Positions 39,059 to 51,887 of a stretch of DNA of 64,000 nt are shown here, piece by piece; within the stretch, counting starts at the first letter, position 1; every line of letters starts with the position of its first letter. The notes under the pieces were generated by a model. The model saw only the letters and a list, made by a program, of their open reading frames with translations, was not told the origin of the DNA and searched no databases. The position numbers and the translations under genes were made by a program. This stretch comes from Adineta vaga (Eukaryota; Animalia; Rotifera): positions 2,542,001 to 2,606,000 of the forward strand of contig CP075497.1 of assembly GCA_021613535.1 (NCBI GenBank), given 5' to 3'.

Positions 39059-40855
39059 TTAATCAATTTCTTGAAAATTTGTCATCGGAGTTTTATCAAA
39101 CGGATGTTCAAGAAGATATTTTACAATTTGAAGAATCATATCATTCGATAGACTTAAAGTAGTTAATAAAGATTTTATAATTTTCGATTCAGTTAAATGA
39201 TTCATTAACATTGGTAGTTTGATGGTTAATCTAAATTATACAATTAATTTCATTGAAATTATTTACAAATACATACAAATGAAGAAGAAATATGATCATA
39301 ATTGTCCACTCATTTGGTTTTAATGTTATATTTTCACTGCTGAAACTAAATAGAAAACAAAATAATAGTTAATTTATGAAATATTCAGAATGAAATTACT
39401 TTAATGTGAGTAAAAATTCCGATAAAACTGATCGTACATCTCGTGCTATTGTTTGATTTGCTTCTTCATTGAAGACTTGCTTGAAACTATTGCAAAGAAC
39501 TTCGATGTTATAAAGGAAAGGAAATAACAAACCATGTCATGAGTTTTTCAGTAACAATTGATAAACGAATTGTTTGTTGAGAGTAGGCGTCAACTGGAGG
39601 TAATATTATAGCAGATGACGATGATGATGCTGTTTCCTGTTAAATACATTTATTACGATGAACGGATAGAAAATAAACCATACTTCAGTTATTTGTTCAC
39701 TTTTTCCAACAAAAAATTCTTTGACTTTAAGTTCATATTGAGTTTGTGTCGTTGTTTTTTGTAATTCTCCTATTGTTGGAAGTTTCTTTTGTGCACGAGC
39801 ATTATCCGATGACATGAGATCTTCGACATCAAGTTTGTTTACTAATTGTTGATATCGTTGAGGATCGAGTGGAATAGCAGATGTCATCGTATTATTTTCG
39901 AGATAATTCAAGCTTTTATTACTTAACCATTCATATAAACAAGTAATCACAAAATCTATTGTGGGATTATCTGTTCGAATAGAATCAGGTAAAGAGATTT
40001 CTTGAAGTTTTTTCTCGACTAAATTTGCTTTTGGAATTTGAGTAGCACGAGATTTATAGTATGCATCACGAGCTATTTGAAGTTTTTCAAATTCATCATC
40101 TTCATCATCCGATGACGAAGATGTTGAAGAACGACGTTGTGGAATTGATCGATTGTAATTTGATTGAGAGATGATCGTACTTGGGTCAGGATGATCTTTA
40201 CTGAAAATGCTTATAATGAGAGAAGAATATTTGTTTTTTAGAAGTTGATTTTACCTAAGAGATTCACGTGTAAGAAGATCAACTTGTAATGAATTCTGTT
40301 GGTCACGTGCCCAAACAGGTGATGAAGGAATTTGTTTTTCGAAATATTTCGATGCTTTGTAACAAAATACCGAACAAAAACACTAGAATTTCAATTAGCA
40401 CTTCGATGAAAAACAACTTAAACTCCTTCATACTCGTCTCTCTGTTGTATCGATTACTTTGTTGACTTTGACATTAATATAATATTGATGAATTGGAGTC
40501 TAAAAATAACGACATCATGTAGATAATTAACATTTGTTAGGCATCATCGTTATACATCTTTGGGTAGTAAATTAGAACAAAGAGGATAACCACATATATA
40601 TCTCAATGCGCGATCTTCATTCACACCTCGATATCGCTCTTGATCAATCAGAATAGCCTACAAGATATATGAATAAGAAAAAGCAAGAATTTCTGATACA
40701 TTATCTATTACCGCATTGATTAACGTTTCATTAGTTACTTTGTCTTCTTCAATTAGCGATATCGCTGTATTCATTGCTTTCTTTTCACATGCTTTTCGTT
40801 GTTCAATTTTAGTTCGGAATGCTTCAGCTTTCGATTGATCGGATGTAGTAGTCAT
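39059..40855 (-). CDS. RPAP2: RNA polymerase II-associated protein 2 / Rtr1 CTD phosphatase
   Basis: RTR1 zinc-finger motif EDRALRYICGYPLCSN...QYYIN..NKVID.TER..FCSVFCYKASKYFEKQI..SPVW.R. C-terminal FSSENITLKPNEWTIM..LL. Stop TAA 39059-39061. Confidence 0.9.
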
Positions 40856-40951
40856 CTGAAATAGAATTCCTAATTAGATCATGTTTATATAACAAAGAAA
40901 ATATCTGGATTTTTTTAAAATATCTATATGTATCACATAAGAATTTGAGAG

Positions 40952-43900
40952 TTACAATTGAATGGAAGGTAAAATACATTGAAGAGTAAAATATTCAGCA
41001 ACAATACAGATATGTAACATGCTATTGTTACAGAAATCTAAATACGAATGAATAGAGAAGAAAACGATGAATAGATTTTTACATACTAAAAACCATTTTT
41101 TCTGCATGAGGTTGTTGAGAATGTAATAATTGAGCAAATTTCTTTATATCTAAACGTACTTCCACTGCTCAATAGAATCTGATGATAATGTTGTATTGGA
41201 TTGCTGTGTAATTGGCAAACCCAGTTGAGAAAGATCATTACCATCATTATCTAAACTTCTCAGTTTATTTCTATATTTTAATTCCGAATCATCATCCTAC
41301 TTGGATCTTGTAGGCCAGTAAAGTAAGTTGCAACTTGAGCTGTATCTGTTTCAATTTTAACCGTCATATCACCGGATTTGTTTGCTTGTAAAGTCTAAAG
41401 AGAAGATGAATATGTAACTATGTGATTACAACTTACTACAAAATTACACATTGCTTTCATTCGATCGATGATATTTTTCAATGTTTTCAATTTTGGAATT
41501 GTAATTGTAATCTAAATTATTTATTTATTTAGACTGATATTAAAACAAGTCACATGATTACATAAGTGTTCTAAGTAGAATGTTTCTTTAGGGTGTATGT
41601 TAATATATGGAATGCCTTAGCAATTCTATATTACAACATTCTAACATATTGACCTTTCTATAAGTATTGACAATGATCATTACAATGAACAACAATCATA
41701 TTTATAGCGAGTACGAGAGAATGATATGGTTCATCGATTGAAAAATACAAGATGAACTCTAGAATGTTATCTTTTCCTTTTCTTAGTGCATTTCTTTGCC
41801 GACTTTTTCTTGCGGCATATTCTGCTAGTTTATTCTTTCTTTTTTTTTTCTCCACTTCATCATAAGAAAAAGCGAAGTACGGAAATCGATCTAATATTTC
41901 TTGTAATCCTTTTTATCATCGCGTCAACACTACTCCAGATAGTTTTAATTGAGATCAACTCTAGCAGCAAAAACAGAAGTTGTTTTCCTCGTTGACTTTT
42001 CTTTTCATTCATTTTCTTCCTTTTCCTTCGTTCTCTATCTCTAGACAGTCTTAGAAATCTGTCAATGATGAGTATTGACTTCGCTCTATACAAGCTTTTC
42101 TATCTGTTAGTCTATGTATGTAAGTGTATGTCTGTGTACTAGAGTTCTTTGCCTTAATATTCTTCATGTTCCCGTTGACGGTAATAATCCACTACCGCTA
42201 GTTTTCTTCTTATTCTTCTGTTCCTTTACAGTAACAAGACGCACATTGCATTTTCCCACTCCTCCTTTCATCATTTCTCTCTCCTCTCTCTCTCTCTCTC
42301 TGTTTCATGCGCTTTTGACTAGTGCACGTCGTTTCTGTTATGAAATAGTAAGCTGCATATTGCCGTACACACATTCATTATATAGTAGACGAAAGAAAGA
42401 GTTTTTTCCTTGTCGGTTAAGATATTACTAAATAGATAACGACAACAACAACAGAAAAAAAAGAAAAGTTTTTGTTCGTCGGTTCATCGAGTTGTATCTT
42501 ATTAGTGAGTAAGTCGTCTGAGTTGAGTTTGACTTAATTTTCTGCTTGAATAGAACATCTTAAGAAAATTATAGAATTGTTTGCTTTATTTTTGATGGCT
42601 CAGTAAATCGATAACATAGAAAATAAACGACAATAATCTTGAGTGTAATAGGAAACGTGACTTGCCTCACTTCAATAGATTGCCAAGGTCATAGAGACGT
42701 AAGAGAAGAAAATGATGATTAATACAATAGGGAAGGAAAGATCGAATCATCCGTAGTGACGTCAACATCAATCGATATGAGTATATATATATATATATAT
42801 AGATATTTAACAGAGCAATGATTTCTTAACAACGAGAATACACAGTAGTTCTTTGACTCTGCAAGATGTTGTTTTTTTCTTGTACGACTCTTTTTATTCG
42901 GTCTCGTTATAATGAGAGAGAAAACGTCGAGTCGAAGACTTTCAATCATTCTGGTATTCGAACTCAGTCGGATAACATGATGAATTACACGACCAAATAT
43001 TAATAGTCGGCACTTTTTCTTTTTCTTTTCTAGTATTATTATCTATTGTCATTCATCGTATTCGATGGATTGTTTTTTAAGAATATTGAAACTATGAGGA
43101 AGAATGCAATGGTGCATCGAAGTGCCTTTTTCTTCTTCCTTTCCTCTTTCTTCATTTCCTAATCATAATTTATTGTCGTCACTTCTTCTAACAATGACTT
43201 TCATTCTTAACATGATTAATTTATCATCATCATCCGTCCATACATCATCATTGTCAGCATGTTCACCATATTTCATTTCAACAAATATTGATATCCGTAC
43301 GACTCATCAATATATTCAACCATGCCCTGTATCAACACCTTGTCAATGTTTATGTGAACTGGAAAGTAAACGTTTATGGATTGATTGTTTTTATCGGCAA
43401 ATGAAAACTTTTCCCACATTTGTCAAAATTCCAACGAATAAAACACGAATCGAATGGAATATTGATTTAGCATTTAATCAATTTGATACAATATCAATGA
43501 ATAAACAACTCAAATGGATTCCTGATAATATGCATATAAGACATTTGGTTTTGTCAGGTTCATTAGCTTATGATCTTATTGTTCAATTGAATTTAACTCA
43601 TCGAAATCTAATTGATGTTTGGCCAAGTCCAACATTTATCCATTATTGATGATCAATGGTCGGATAATTACGAGACTGGTCAATCAGAAGAAGAGGTAAA
43701 AGAAATGTTTTCATCAAAATCACAATGAAATCTCGCTATTTAAACTAGGAAAATAAACAAATTCAAGAACTTTTCAAAGTCAAACGTTCACTTTCTGCAT
43801 CAATCATCGAACGAACACGTTTACTAACTGAATTAACTTTAAAATTACGTGAAAAAAGCAAACGTATCCTTACATTTAATCTATCTCTATCCGGTGAACC

Positions 43901-45662
43901 TCCACCAATTTCAAGTCTTTATCTTGATCATAATTCTCTTGATTCAATTCCTCTCCATGCTTTATATAATGCGACAGGTTTATATGAAATCTATTTATCA
44001 TTCAATAACATTGTTAATCTACCAGCTTATGCATTTGGATTTGCTCATCGTTTAACTCGAGTTGATTTATCCTACAATAGAATCATTTCAATTGATAATT
44101 CAACATTTCAACGACATCCAAATGCATTTGCTGGTCCATTTCTTATTGATTATCTCGATTTATCTCATAATCAAATCAATCTTTTAGAAGCTAATGTTTT
44201 TTCTTATCTAGTAAATTTACGTTTATTAAAATTAGAACATAATCAAATCCGTTCGATTTCTGCACATATATGGACAGGTTTATATCGTTTAAAATATCTT
44301 GATTTATCTCATAATTCAATTGAAAATTTTACTCAAGCTTTCTACAGTGGTTATTTAGATGAATTGAATCATTTAAAAATGACATCAAACAATTTAACTC
44401 AAATTGGTTCTTGTGAATTTTTATCTTTAAAACGATTAACGAAACTAAATCTAAGTGGCAATAATCTAACAACAATTGATACTTGTTCATTCTATGGTCT
44501 TCATCAAACAACGAAAACTTCGCCATTAAATGTTTATCTAAGTGCCAATCAACTTGAAACAATTCATCCGTGTACATTCAAAGATTTTGCAAGATCGACA
44601 ATTTATTTAGAAAATAATCCATTGATATGTAATTGTTCATTTAATTATCTTTTACAAAATCGACAATCCGTAGCTTATACAGGACAAGAATGTCGAGGTG
44701 GATTTGTATATCAAACCGAACAACAAATAAGTTTACCTGCTATTCGTAAAAGCAATTCAACATTAACGAAAAAAACGATCAATATTTCCAGAACATGTCG
44801 AGATTCATTTCAATTCTATAATGATTTATGTTTAAAACTTGATTGTCGAAATGAATGTGCAGCGAATGAACGTTTTATTATTCAAGTAACAACAATACCT
44901 ACACCAAATGGTACATTATATTTCTATCAACAAACATTTCTCTCGATGATTTTCATTGTTCTCATTCATTATAGTCGTTTTCTTATTTTCAGTTGTAATA
45001 TTTGTGATATATGAAAAAAAACAAACAAGGATAGTTTACTTACATCACATGGAGGAATATTTGGAGCTTGAAAATCGATCCTAAAAATAGATCATGCTGA
45101 TTTCTTTTCAAATGAGAAAATAGTTACCAATGTTTATGTGCAAGTAAATGAATAGGAATATCACATGAAAATTGTCGTTCAGTCATTGCTGAAGAAATCT
45201 AAAAAAGATGATCTTCAAATCTTTTTCTTTTTCAAGTTGAATAACTCACAACTTCTGTATCAATACTTAAACATGGATTATTATGTTTTTTAATTAGACG
45301 AAGTTTTAATAATCGAGCTTGTTGTGCTGGTTTGAGAGCACGTAGTAATTCTTCAAACATAATTTCAATATAAATTTCATTGGCTAATGCGGATAGACCA
45401 TCCATGATATAATCATCAAAGAATCGAATCGGATCAAGTTCAATCCAAAGTGATACACCACCACCGAATGATTTATCACCCAAAATTAGAAATAATTTAT
45501 CTGGAGTTAATCGAAGTACACCTGATTTAGCCATTTTTGAAACACCAGTTATAATCTCTGTAGTTTAAGACATATTTTATAAATTGTGTAAAGTAAATAA
45601 TTTGTCTTACTTGTGAATTTATTGATTGTGGTACTATTATGTAATTTAGCACGGAATTTCAT
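40952..45662 (-). CDS. HUS1: Checkpoint clamp (9-1-1) subunit HUS1, split by a 3.5 kb intron (41512-45043)
   Basis: 5' exons MKFRAKL...VLRLTPDKLFLIL...LWIEL...NEIYIE..L.RALK...L.LIKKHNNPCLS...CDIPI...DFQAPNIPPCD|. 3' exons |ITITIPKLKTLKNIIDRMK...QANKSGDMTVKIETD..QVATYF..L...VRLDIKKF...LQCILPSIQL*. Phase-0 join across the long intron. Confidence 0.92.
43104..45014 (+). CDS. Extracellular leucine-rich-repeat protein (LRRNT, ~10 LRRs, LRRCT, hydrophobic C-terminus), nested antisense in the HUS1 intron; apparent frameshift near 43629
   Basis: CP...PCQC.C LRRNT; repeated LxxLxLxxNxI (LDLSHNQI, LKLEHNQI, LNLSGNNL); NPLICNC LRRCT; intron 43696-43749; N-terminal hydrophobic stretch. Confidence 0.85.
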
Positions 45663-45698
45663 TTTAATGAGAAAGAAAATTGATCTAAAACATGAAAA

Positions 45699-47540
45699 TT
45701 AACCTAAATTTTGTTCGGTTTTATTAAATAATCGTGACCACCACGATGTATTGACAATATTTCGTTTAAAAACTCCATTTAAATAACTTTTCACAAGTCG
45801 AAAATCTTTTTGTAAAAAAGGTCGTGCTGCATTAACAAAATCAAAATCCGGATCAAGTTGTCTTCCAATGCCTTCAATAATAATCGTTCCCAATGCTAAT
45901 GTTGTAAAATTCGATTCCATTTGAATATGATATTTTTTTCCTAAATCCAATACATTCCGTAAAACAATTCCAACTTCAATTTGTTTCAATGGCGTATGAA
46001 GAACATTTTCAATTAGTACAGCCATTTCTTTTCGAAAACCAACTTTTGATTGTTCGTCAATTTGAGTTGCATTTGGCGCACGTTCAATTAATAATGTTGC
46101 TGCTTCTGTACTATCATAATTTGCAATTGCACGAAAGAGATCATAGAAATTTCTTTTATCATTTCGATTTAATGAAGAAGTTAAACCAACATCGAGAAAG
46201 ATGATAATAGGTTCATGTGGATCTTGTTCATTAAGACGAACAATAATATTTCCTGGATGAAGATCAGCATGAACCTTACGACGAATGAAAATAGAGAATT
46301 TAATACATTCAGTTGATTCTTTCTACTTACAAAATTATCTACGAAGAGCATTTTGAGATAAGCATTTACACCGAGATATGCTAGTTTCTTTCTCGTCTCT
46401 TTATCTTTACATGTTTCCATGAAATCATTTAATAATTGACCATGTTCATAGCTTTGAAAGAGAATATCTCGTGTCGATGGTAACGATGTATAAACATGTG
46501 GAAACTTAACATTTGATTGATATTTTTGAAAATTTCGTTCGAAAATTTCTAAATTTTTTGTTTCAATTATTAGATTTGTTTGTAATAACATATTTTTTGT
46601 AAATGCTTGAATATTATCTTCAATATTTAACCATTGAAATGTTTCTTTCGAAACAAGTTTTGTTAATAAACGTGTAAAAATATTTAAAATTTTTAAATCC
46701 GAATAAATTCTATTTTGAACACCTGGATGACGAACTTTCATAATTAAATCGAGATTACCAACCTTACATCGATAAACTTGAGCAATAGCACCACTTGCTA
46801 ATGGTTTCGAAAGAAATTGAGATGATGTCGACGATCGAACAATAATTTGATTATCTTTAAGTAATTTCCGTGTTGCAGATTCTGAATGTGCTGGTGCGTT
46901 TGAATGAAGTTCATTGAATATCGAGCAGAATTGAGCAGAGAAAAGATCAGGTCGTGTAGCCATCCATTGACCTAATTTAATAAAGCAGGGACCACAAAAT
47001 TCAAATGATCTAAAAAAATAATAAGAATATGTATCAATTGAGAATTCGATGGAGAAAATCTTACCGTCGTAGTGTATAACACCATCTTTCATAGAATTGT
47101 GGAGCAAATTTATCTTGGATAAAATAGAAGATTAGAACTGGTGTGAAGATAATAATGAGTTTTAATGTACGGAAAAATAAACGTATAGGAACGAGAAATG
47201 CTGATGCACGATTTGAATACAATTCTGAATTGAGTAATTGTTGTGTTTGAGAAAGAAGTATATCAAGTTCAGATTGAGATACAGATTCAGAATTTTCATC
47301 GAAATTTTCTTCCCTTCTATTTCTCTTATTCATCCATAAGAGATCTCGGAGATGATCTTCATAGATAACATAACCAATCGGTATACCAGCCGATACGATA
47401 GTGATCGTTAATGGCCAAAATCGACGATACCATGGACGTATTTGACCATGTCGTGGCAATTCTGATAGATAACGACGAGAATGTGAGAGAAGACCAAATC
47501 GAGAATGACGAATTAAGTGAATAGCTACTCGAGGAAACAT
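45699..47540 (-). CDS. ADCK2: aarF/ABC1 (UbiB) atypical kinase, ADCK2-like, with mitochondrial-type presequence
   Basis: GPCFIKLGQWMATRPDLFS, PLASGAIAQVY, MKVRHPG, LKMLFVDNF|VHADLHPGNI, FLDVGL, IEGIGRQLDP. Arg-rich N-terminus MFPRVAIHLIRHSRF. Confidence 0.85.
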
Positions 47541-48071
47541 AAATAAACGATAAAAATTAGCAATAAATGAATTTCTATCGCAATCACACCACATTTGATA
47601 GATAATTTTGGACCAATAGTGGTATTTAATGGATTAACGATACTTCCAGAAGCAATGATAGATGTCTGTGTCAGTCATCAAATCGAGCGTTAATACAATT
47701 CATTCGATTGATCTGCTTTCTCGTAGAATAGATGATGACTTAGACATGAAAAAAGCTTAACAATTAAATATTATTCATGAAGTATTGCTTTCTAGCTAAT
47801 TTTCTAAATCATATTTGATTTCTGATATTTCTCTATACGAAAATTTCATATTTTTAGAATAAAACAATTCGAAATAATTTAAATGTTTTCTTCTCTAATT
47901 CGAGAACACATCGGTTATTTTCTTCTTTTTTATCTCTTGCATTTGATGACCATAAAGTCGACAAAACAAGAACGCATACAACACAAATACAAAAAAAGAA
48001 AGATGGTAGTCATTATTGACTGTCTTGCTGAATAATTTGTTTGTTTGTGTGTATGTCTATTCGTATACTGT

Positions 48072-48832
48072 TTATTCTTCATCAGCATCTTCTTCTTCAT
48101 TGCCAGCTTTTTCACCTTTGCGCATATTTTTTCGTTTAACACGACCTAAATCAAATATTCATTTGTAAGACAAAAAAGAAATTGAACTTATTCAAGAATA
48201 ATTACCTGGTCGACCACCGCTGGATAATGGTGAACGAAGAGCAAAATCGATATGTTTTTGCGAATCAAGTCGAACAATAAATGATGGAATATTGACTACT
48301 TGTTTTCGGACACTATTCAACAAAAAAAAAGAAGATCAATAGATGTGAAAAGAAGATGGCCGACACTTACCGAATGTGACGTTGACGAATAAGTACACGT
48401 GCATGATGAATACTTTTGGCAAGAGCAAGACGTAAAAGTTGAGTTTGAAGACGTCGTTCCAAAAAGTCTTCTACTTTCAAACCCAAAACGTAATCGAGTT
48501 TCATTTTAGATTCATCAAGTACACCAATACGGACAAGACGACGAAGCAAAGCATTACCTAAAATTTGTTAAACATAAAAGCTTTTATTGAAATATTATTT
48601 TGTCCATTTTCTAACCTTCGAATAATCGTTTGGGTTCTTTTTCATCGAGTGTTAATAATTCACGGGCAGCTTTGCGAATTTTTGCCAATGTATAACGAAC
48701 ACGCCATACTTCACGTTTGTTTCGTAAACCGAATTTACCGATAAGTTCGAGTTCTTGATCGAGACGTTCTTTTTCATATGGACGACGAGGCGTCGAATAG
48801 GTCTTGTTGTATACAAGTGGAACGCGCGGCAT
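48072..48832 (-). CDS. RPS9: 40S ribosomal protein S9 (uS4)
   Basis: [30 protein letters not shown]; [23 protein letters not shown]; [17 protein letters not shown]; [18 protein letters not shown]; GRPGRVKRKN. Stop TAA 48072-48074. Confidence 0.98.
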
Positions 48833-49606
48833 ATTTGCCTGATGCGATCTAAAAAAAGGTAAATTAATTTATCGAATTTTTTTACATATGAAAATTCTGA
48901 TCCAATTCTTTCCTTTTTCGAATGAATAAATAAATGCAATAGACGAACAGTAACAAATAAACAACATCATCGTCTCGATTCTTCTCATTGGTTGATAGAT
49001 ATACAAGAACAGTCTAGCAAAAACTTGTTTTATTAACTAGAAAACCATGTTCAATCAAATAAAATCTTTCACTAAAACTTATATTCGATTATTAATATAC
49101 GATTAATTCAAAGAAGACCTTTTATAGATGACACTAGTTGTTTACGATAAATGCATCCACACGATTTTCAAAGAGTCCAATAGAAACTAAACAAGAATCC
49201 ATATGATTTCAACAACAGATAAAAGATAAGATAACCTCATTCGACAATGCTATCACTTGTTTTTTATTTACATGTTTTAAAAAACGGAAAGATATATATT
49301 CAGAAGAGTATTTCTAATGAGAATCTGGAGCAACGCATACGAAAGTGTACACTTTTTCAACTGTAGTTTATTCAAATTTTCGTATAATCATAAAAGAGAA
49401 TAAAAACAGAATTAAGTATAAACTTTTCGATATTTCATTTACATAGAAAGTCACTTTCCACATATATCCATCAAGAATTATTTCTGAGCAAACAACAGTG
49501 TAAATTCGATTTTATTAGTGTACTGTAGACTTTGTCCTATGCGTGTACATTCATCATTAGCAACATTGATTTAGAAAACTGACTAAACTATTCGTGTGAT
49601 CATGTT

Positions 49607-50573
49607 TCAAACATAACTTGCTTGATGAAAAGGATTTAATAACCAAACACCTTTTTGTGCCATTACTTGACAGTGTTTAACTTCAGATTGATTCTGTTTA
49701 GATGTCTTGGAAAAACGATAGGTTGAATTTTTTTCAAATTCTTCTTGTTTTATATGACGGAGTGATTGTAATAATGTATCACCTTGCCGAATAACTGACT
49801 GAAGGACCATTTGTAAAACATGAGCAGCATTTGTTAATGGAATATATTCTCCACCTAAACACAATTGAAATTACATTTTAGTAAACAAAACATTATTGAA
49901 AAGAAAAACTGACCGGTATTTCGAGCTATATAACTATATAAATGATCACAAATAGTAACCAATTGACCAACACCTATAATTATTAATGTAAGATTTTTAC
50001 TGACAAAAGCATTGGAAATTTCTCGAAGATCATCGCAAGCACAAGGATCATCATTATCATGTGTGTTCGATGAATTGATTAAATATCGACAAGGAACATT
50101 ATCGGTAATCAAAAAAACGATATTTTCATGACAACATTCCGATTGCTAGAGATAAAAATAATTCACATTATCAAAAAGAAAAGAATTGTTTCTCTTACCG
50201 TTGTACGCCATTGAAGACGGAGTGCAGCTCGTAAAATATCACCTAAATGATTCATGTGAGAAGTTTTCGTTGATAACAAAAACGATTCTTTACAGATAGC
50301 TATTGCTTCATTTTGAACATCTCCATGTTCCATGGATGTTTGATGAGCTGATAAATATTCTTTAAAAGTAATAATTGAATTCGTAAATGGATAAATTCTT
50401 TGTATGAGAGAATCATTTTCATATTTAAAATTCAATAAAGCCAAATGAGTATTATAGTCTTCTTCTATTAATGGATTAATAATAGATGAGATTAAATGTG
50501 TAACAGTTGGATTAAATAGATTCGTTGTTGATTTATCAACAAGAAGAAAAGCAATATCCATTGAATCAATCAT
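49607..50573 (-). CDS. vWA-domain protein, paralog A (degenerate MIDAS); 3' end uncertain
   Basis: MDIAFLLVDKSTT...PFT.SI..F..GDILRAALRLQWR|..IVFLITDNVPC...DPCACDDL...LTLIIIGVG...IARNTG|GEYIPL. Same intron positions as the neighbouring paralog. Confidence 0.7.
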
Positions 50574-51887
50574 TGAAGAATAAAACAAAAATAAATACAA
50601 ACTAAAAAACAAAGGATAAATGAAGTTTGTTTTTATACTCCCGATGATTCCGTCTCGACGACAAACTCATTAAGAAAAGGATACAAAAAGAAAACCGAAC
50701 GCAGATACAAAACCGTGAATATGACGAGAGTAAATGAGAGGAGGAAAGAAAATGAAAGAATAAATATAATAGGTAATAGTCATCCAAAGAAAGCAAAAGA
50801 GTTTGCAAATGTTAATAGAATCTACTAGAATAATCCTCATTCTAACCAGTATGGTCAGATATTCATCAGAACAGAAAGGCAAGCGTTACATCTGTTTCTT
50901 CTTTCTCTCTATATAATACATGACAAACATCAGCATCGTGTATATACACACATATGAATACGCTGACGATGTAAGCAGACTTTGTCATGCTTAACGAAAA
51001 TGATGCAATAACACATAGCTGGTACTTTCTTCTATGAGAAAGAAGAGAAAATAATATAAATGATATGATTTCAATAGAATTTCTTTGAATTTAAAATGTG
51101 GTAGGAAGAAGAATTGTGATATGAATCATATATCGGTTACTTGATTATTGCATATTCAAGTGTTCTTTTTATTATTTATGTAAAAAAGAGCAAGCATAGT
51201 TTTTGATTGTTTAAAAGTTGATTTAATCGATGAATCATTTTTTCACACACACCTCACCAAGAGAGTAAATCACTGGCACGCTTTTCTTATCGTCTATTTA
51301 GAACGGAAAAAGAATCAGTAGACAAGATATATACACAGCAAGTGTTCAATTACATTTGATTATTATCGATAAAAAGTCTTTTTTTTTATTTCAAAAGTTT
51401 CAAAATAGAATAAAATCATCGAAAAAAAAAGTTTTTTTTCTACTAATCTCTCTTTTGTTTAATATAATGCTGTTTTTGTTTTTTTTTCACGTTAAAATAA
51501 CTTCACAGATTCCACTAGAGAAGCTGCAAGTGCTAATTAATATCTCTAAAGATAGGCATGCAAACGAGAACATATGTAACGAAAAAAAAAGGTTAGAAAA
51601 ACGAACGTTCTACATATAATGATGGAAACAAAAAGGAGCAGACAAAAAATAAATGTTGTTTTAGTGCGCAAGTGAATGACTACTAGATCAAAAGAAGCGA
51701 AAGATACATCTTCTTGTTTAAATATACGAATTAAACATAATGAGTACATACACAAAACGGAAAGTAATGTAATAAGCTAATTTATAAGAAAAGAGAGAAT
51801 GACTTCGAGTACTTCTCTTGTAAAAAATAGAATAAACTAAAAGAGAAGTTAGATAACTAACGGATAAAAGTTTCATTATTTGTACTT

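Noticed and set aside
39019-39061. RPAP2-TBC1D7 fusion protein
   Set aside because: RPAP2 ends in an in-frame TAA before the GT, and no phase-compatible earlier donor was evident.
47628-47680. C/D snoRNA candidate between RPS9 and ADCK2 (TGATGA plus a 13 nt complement to 28S AATGGATTAACGA)
   Set aside because: No CTGA D box after the guide or at a plausible 3' end, and several 13 nt matches to rRNA are expected by chance in 64 kb.
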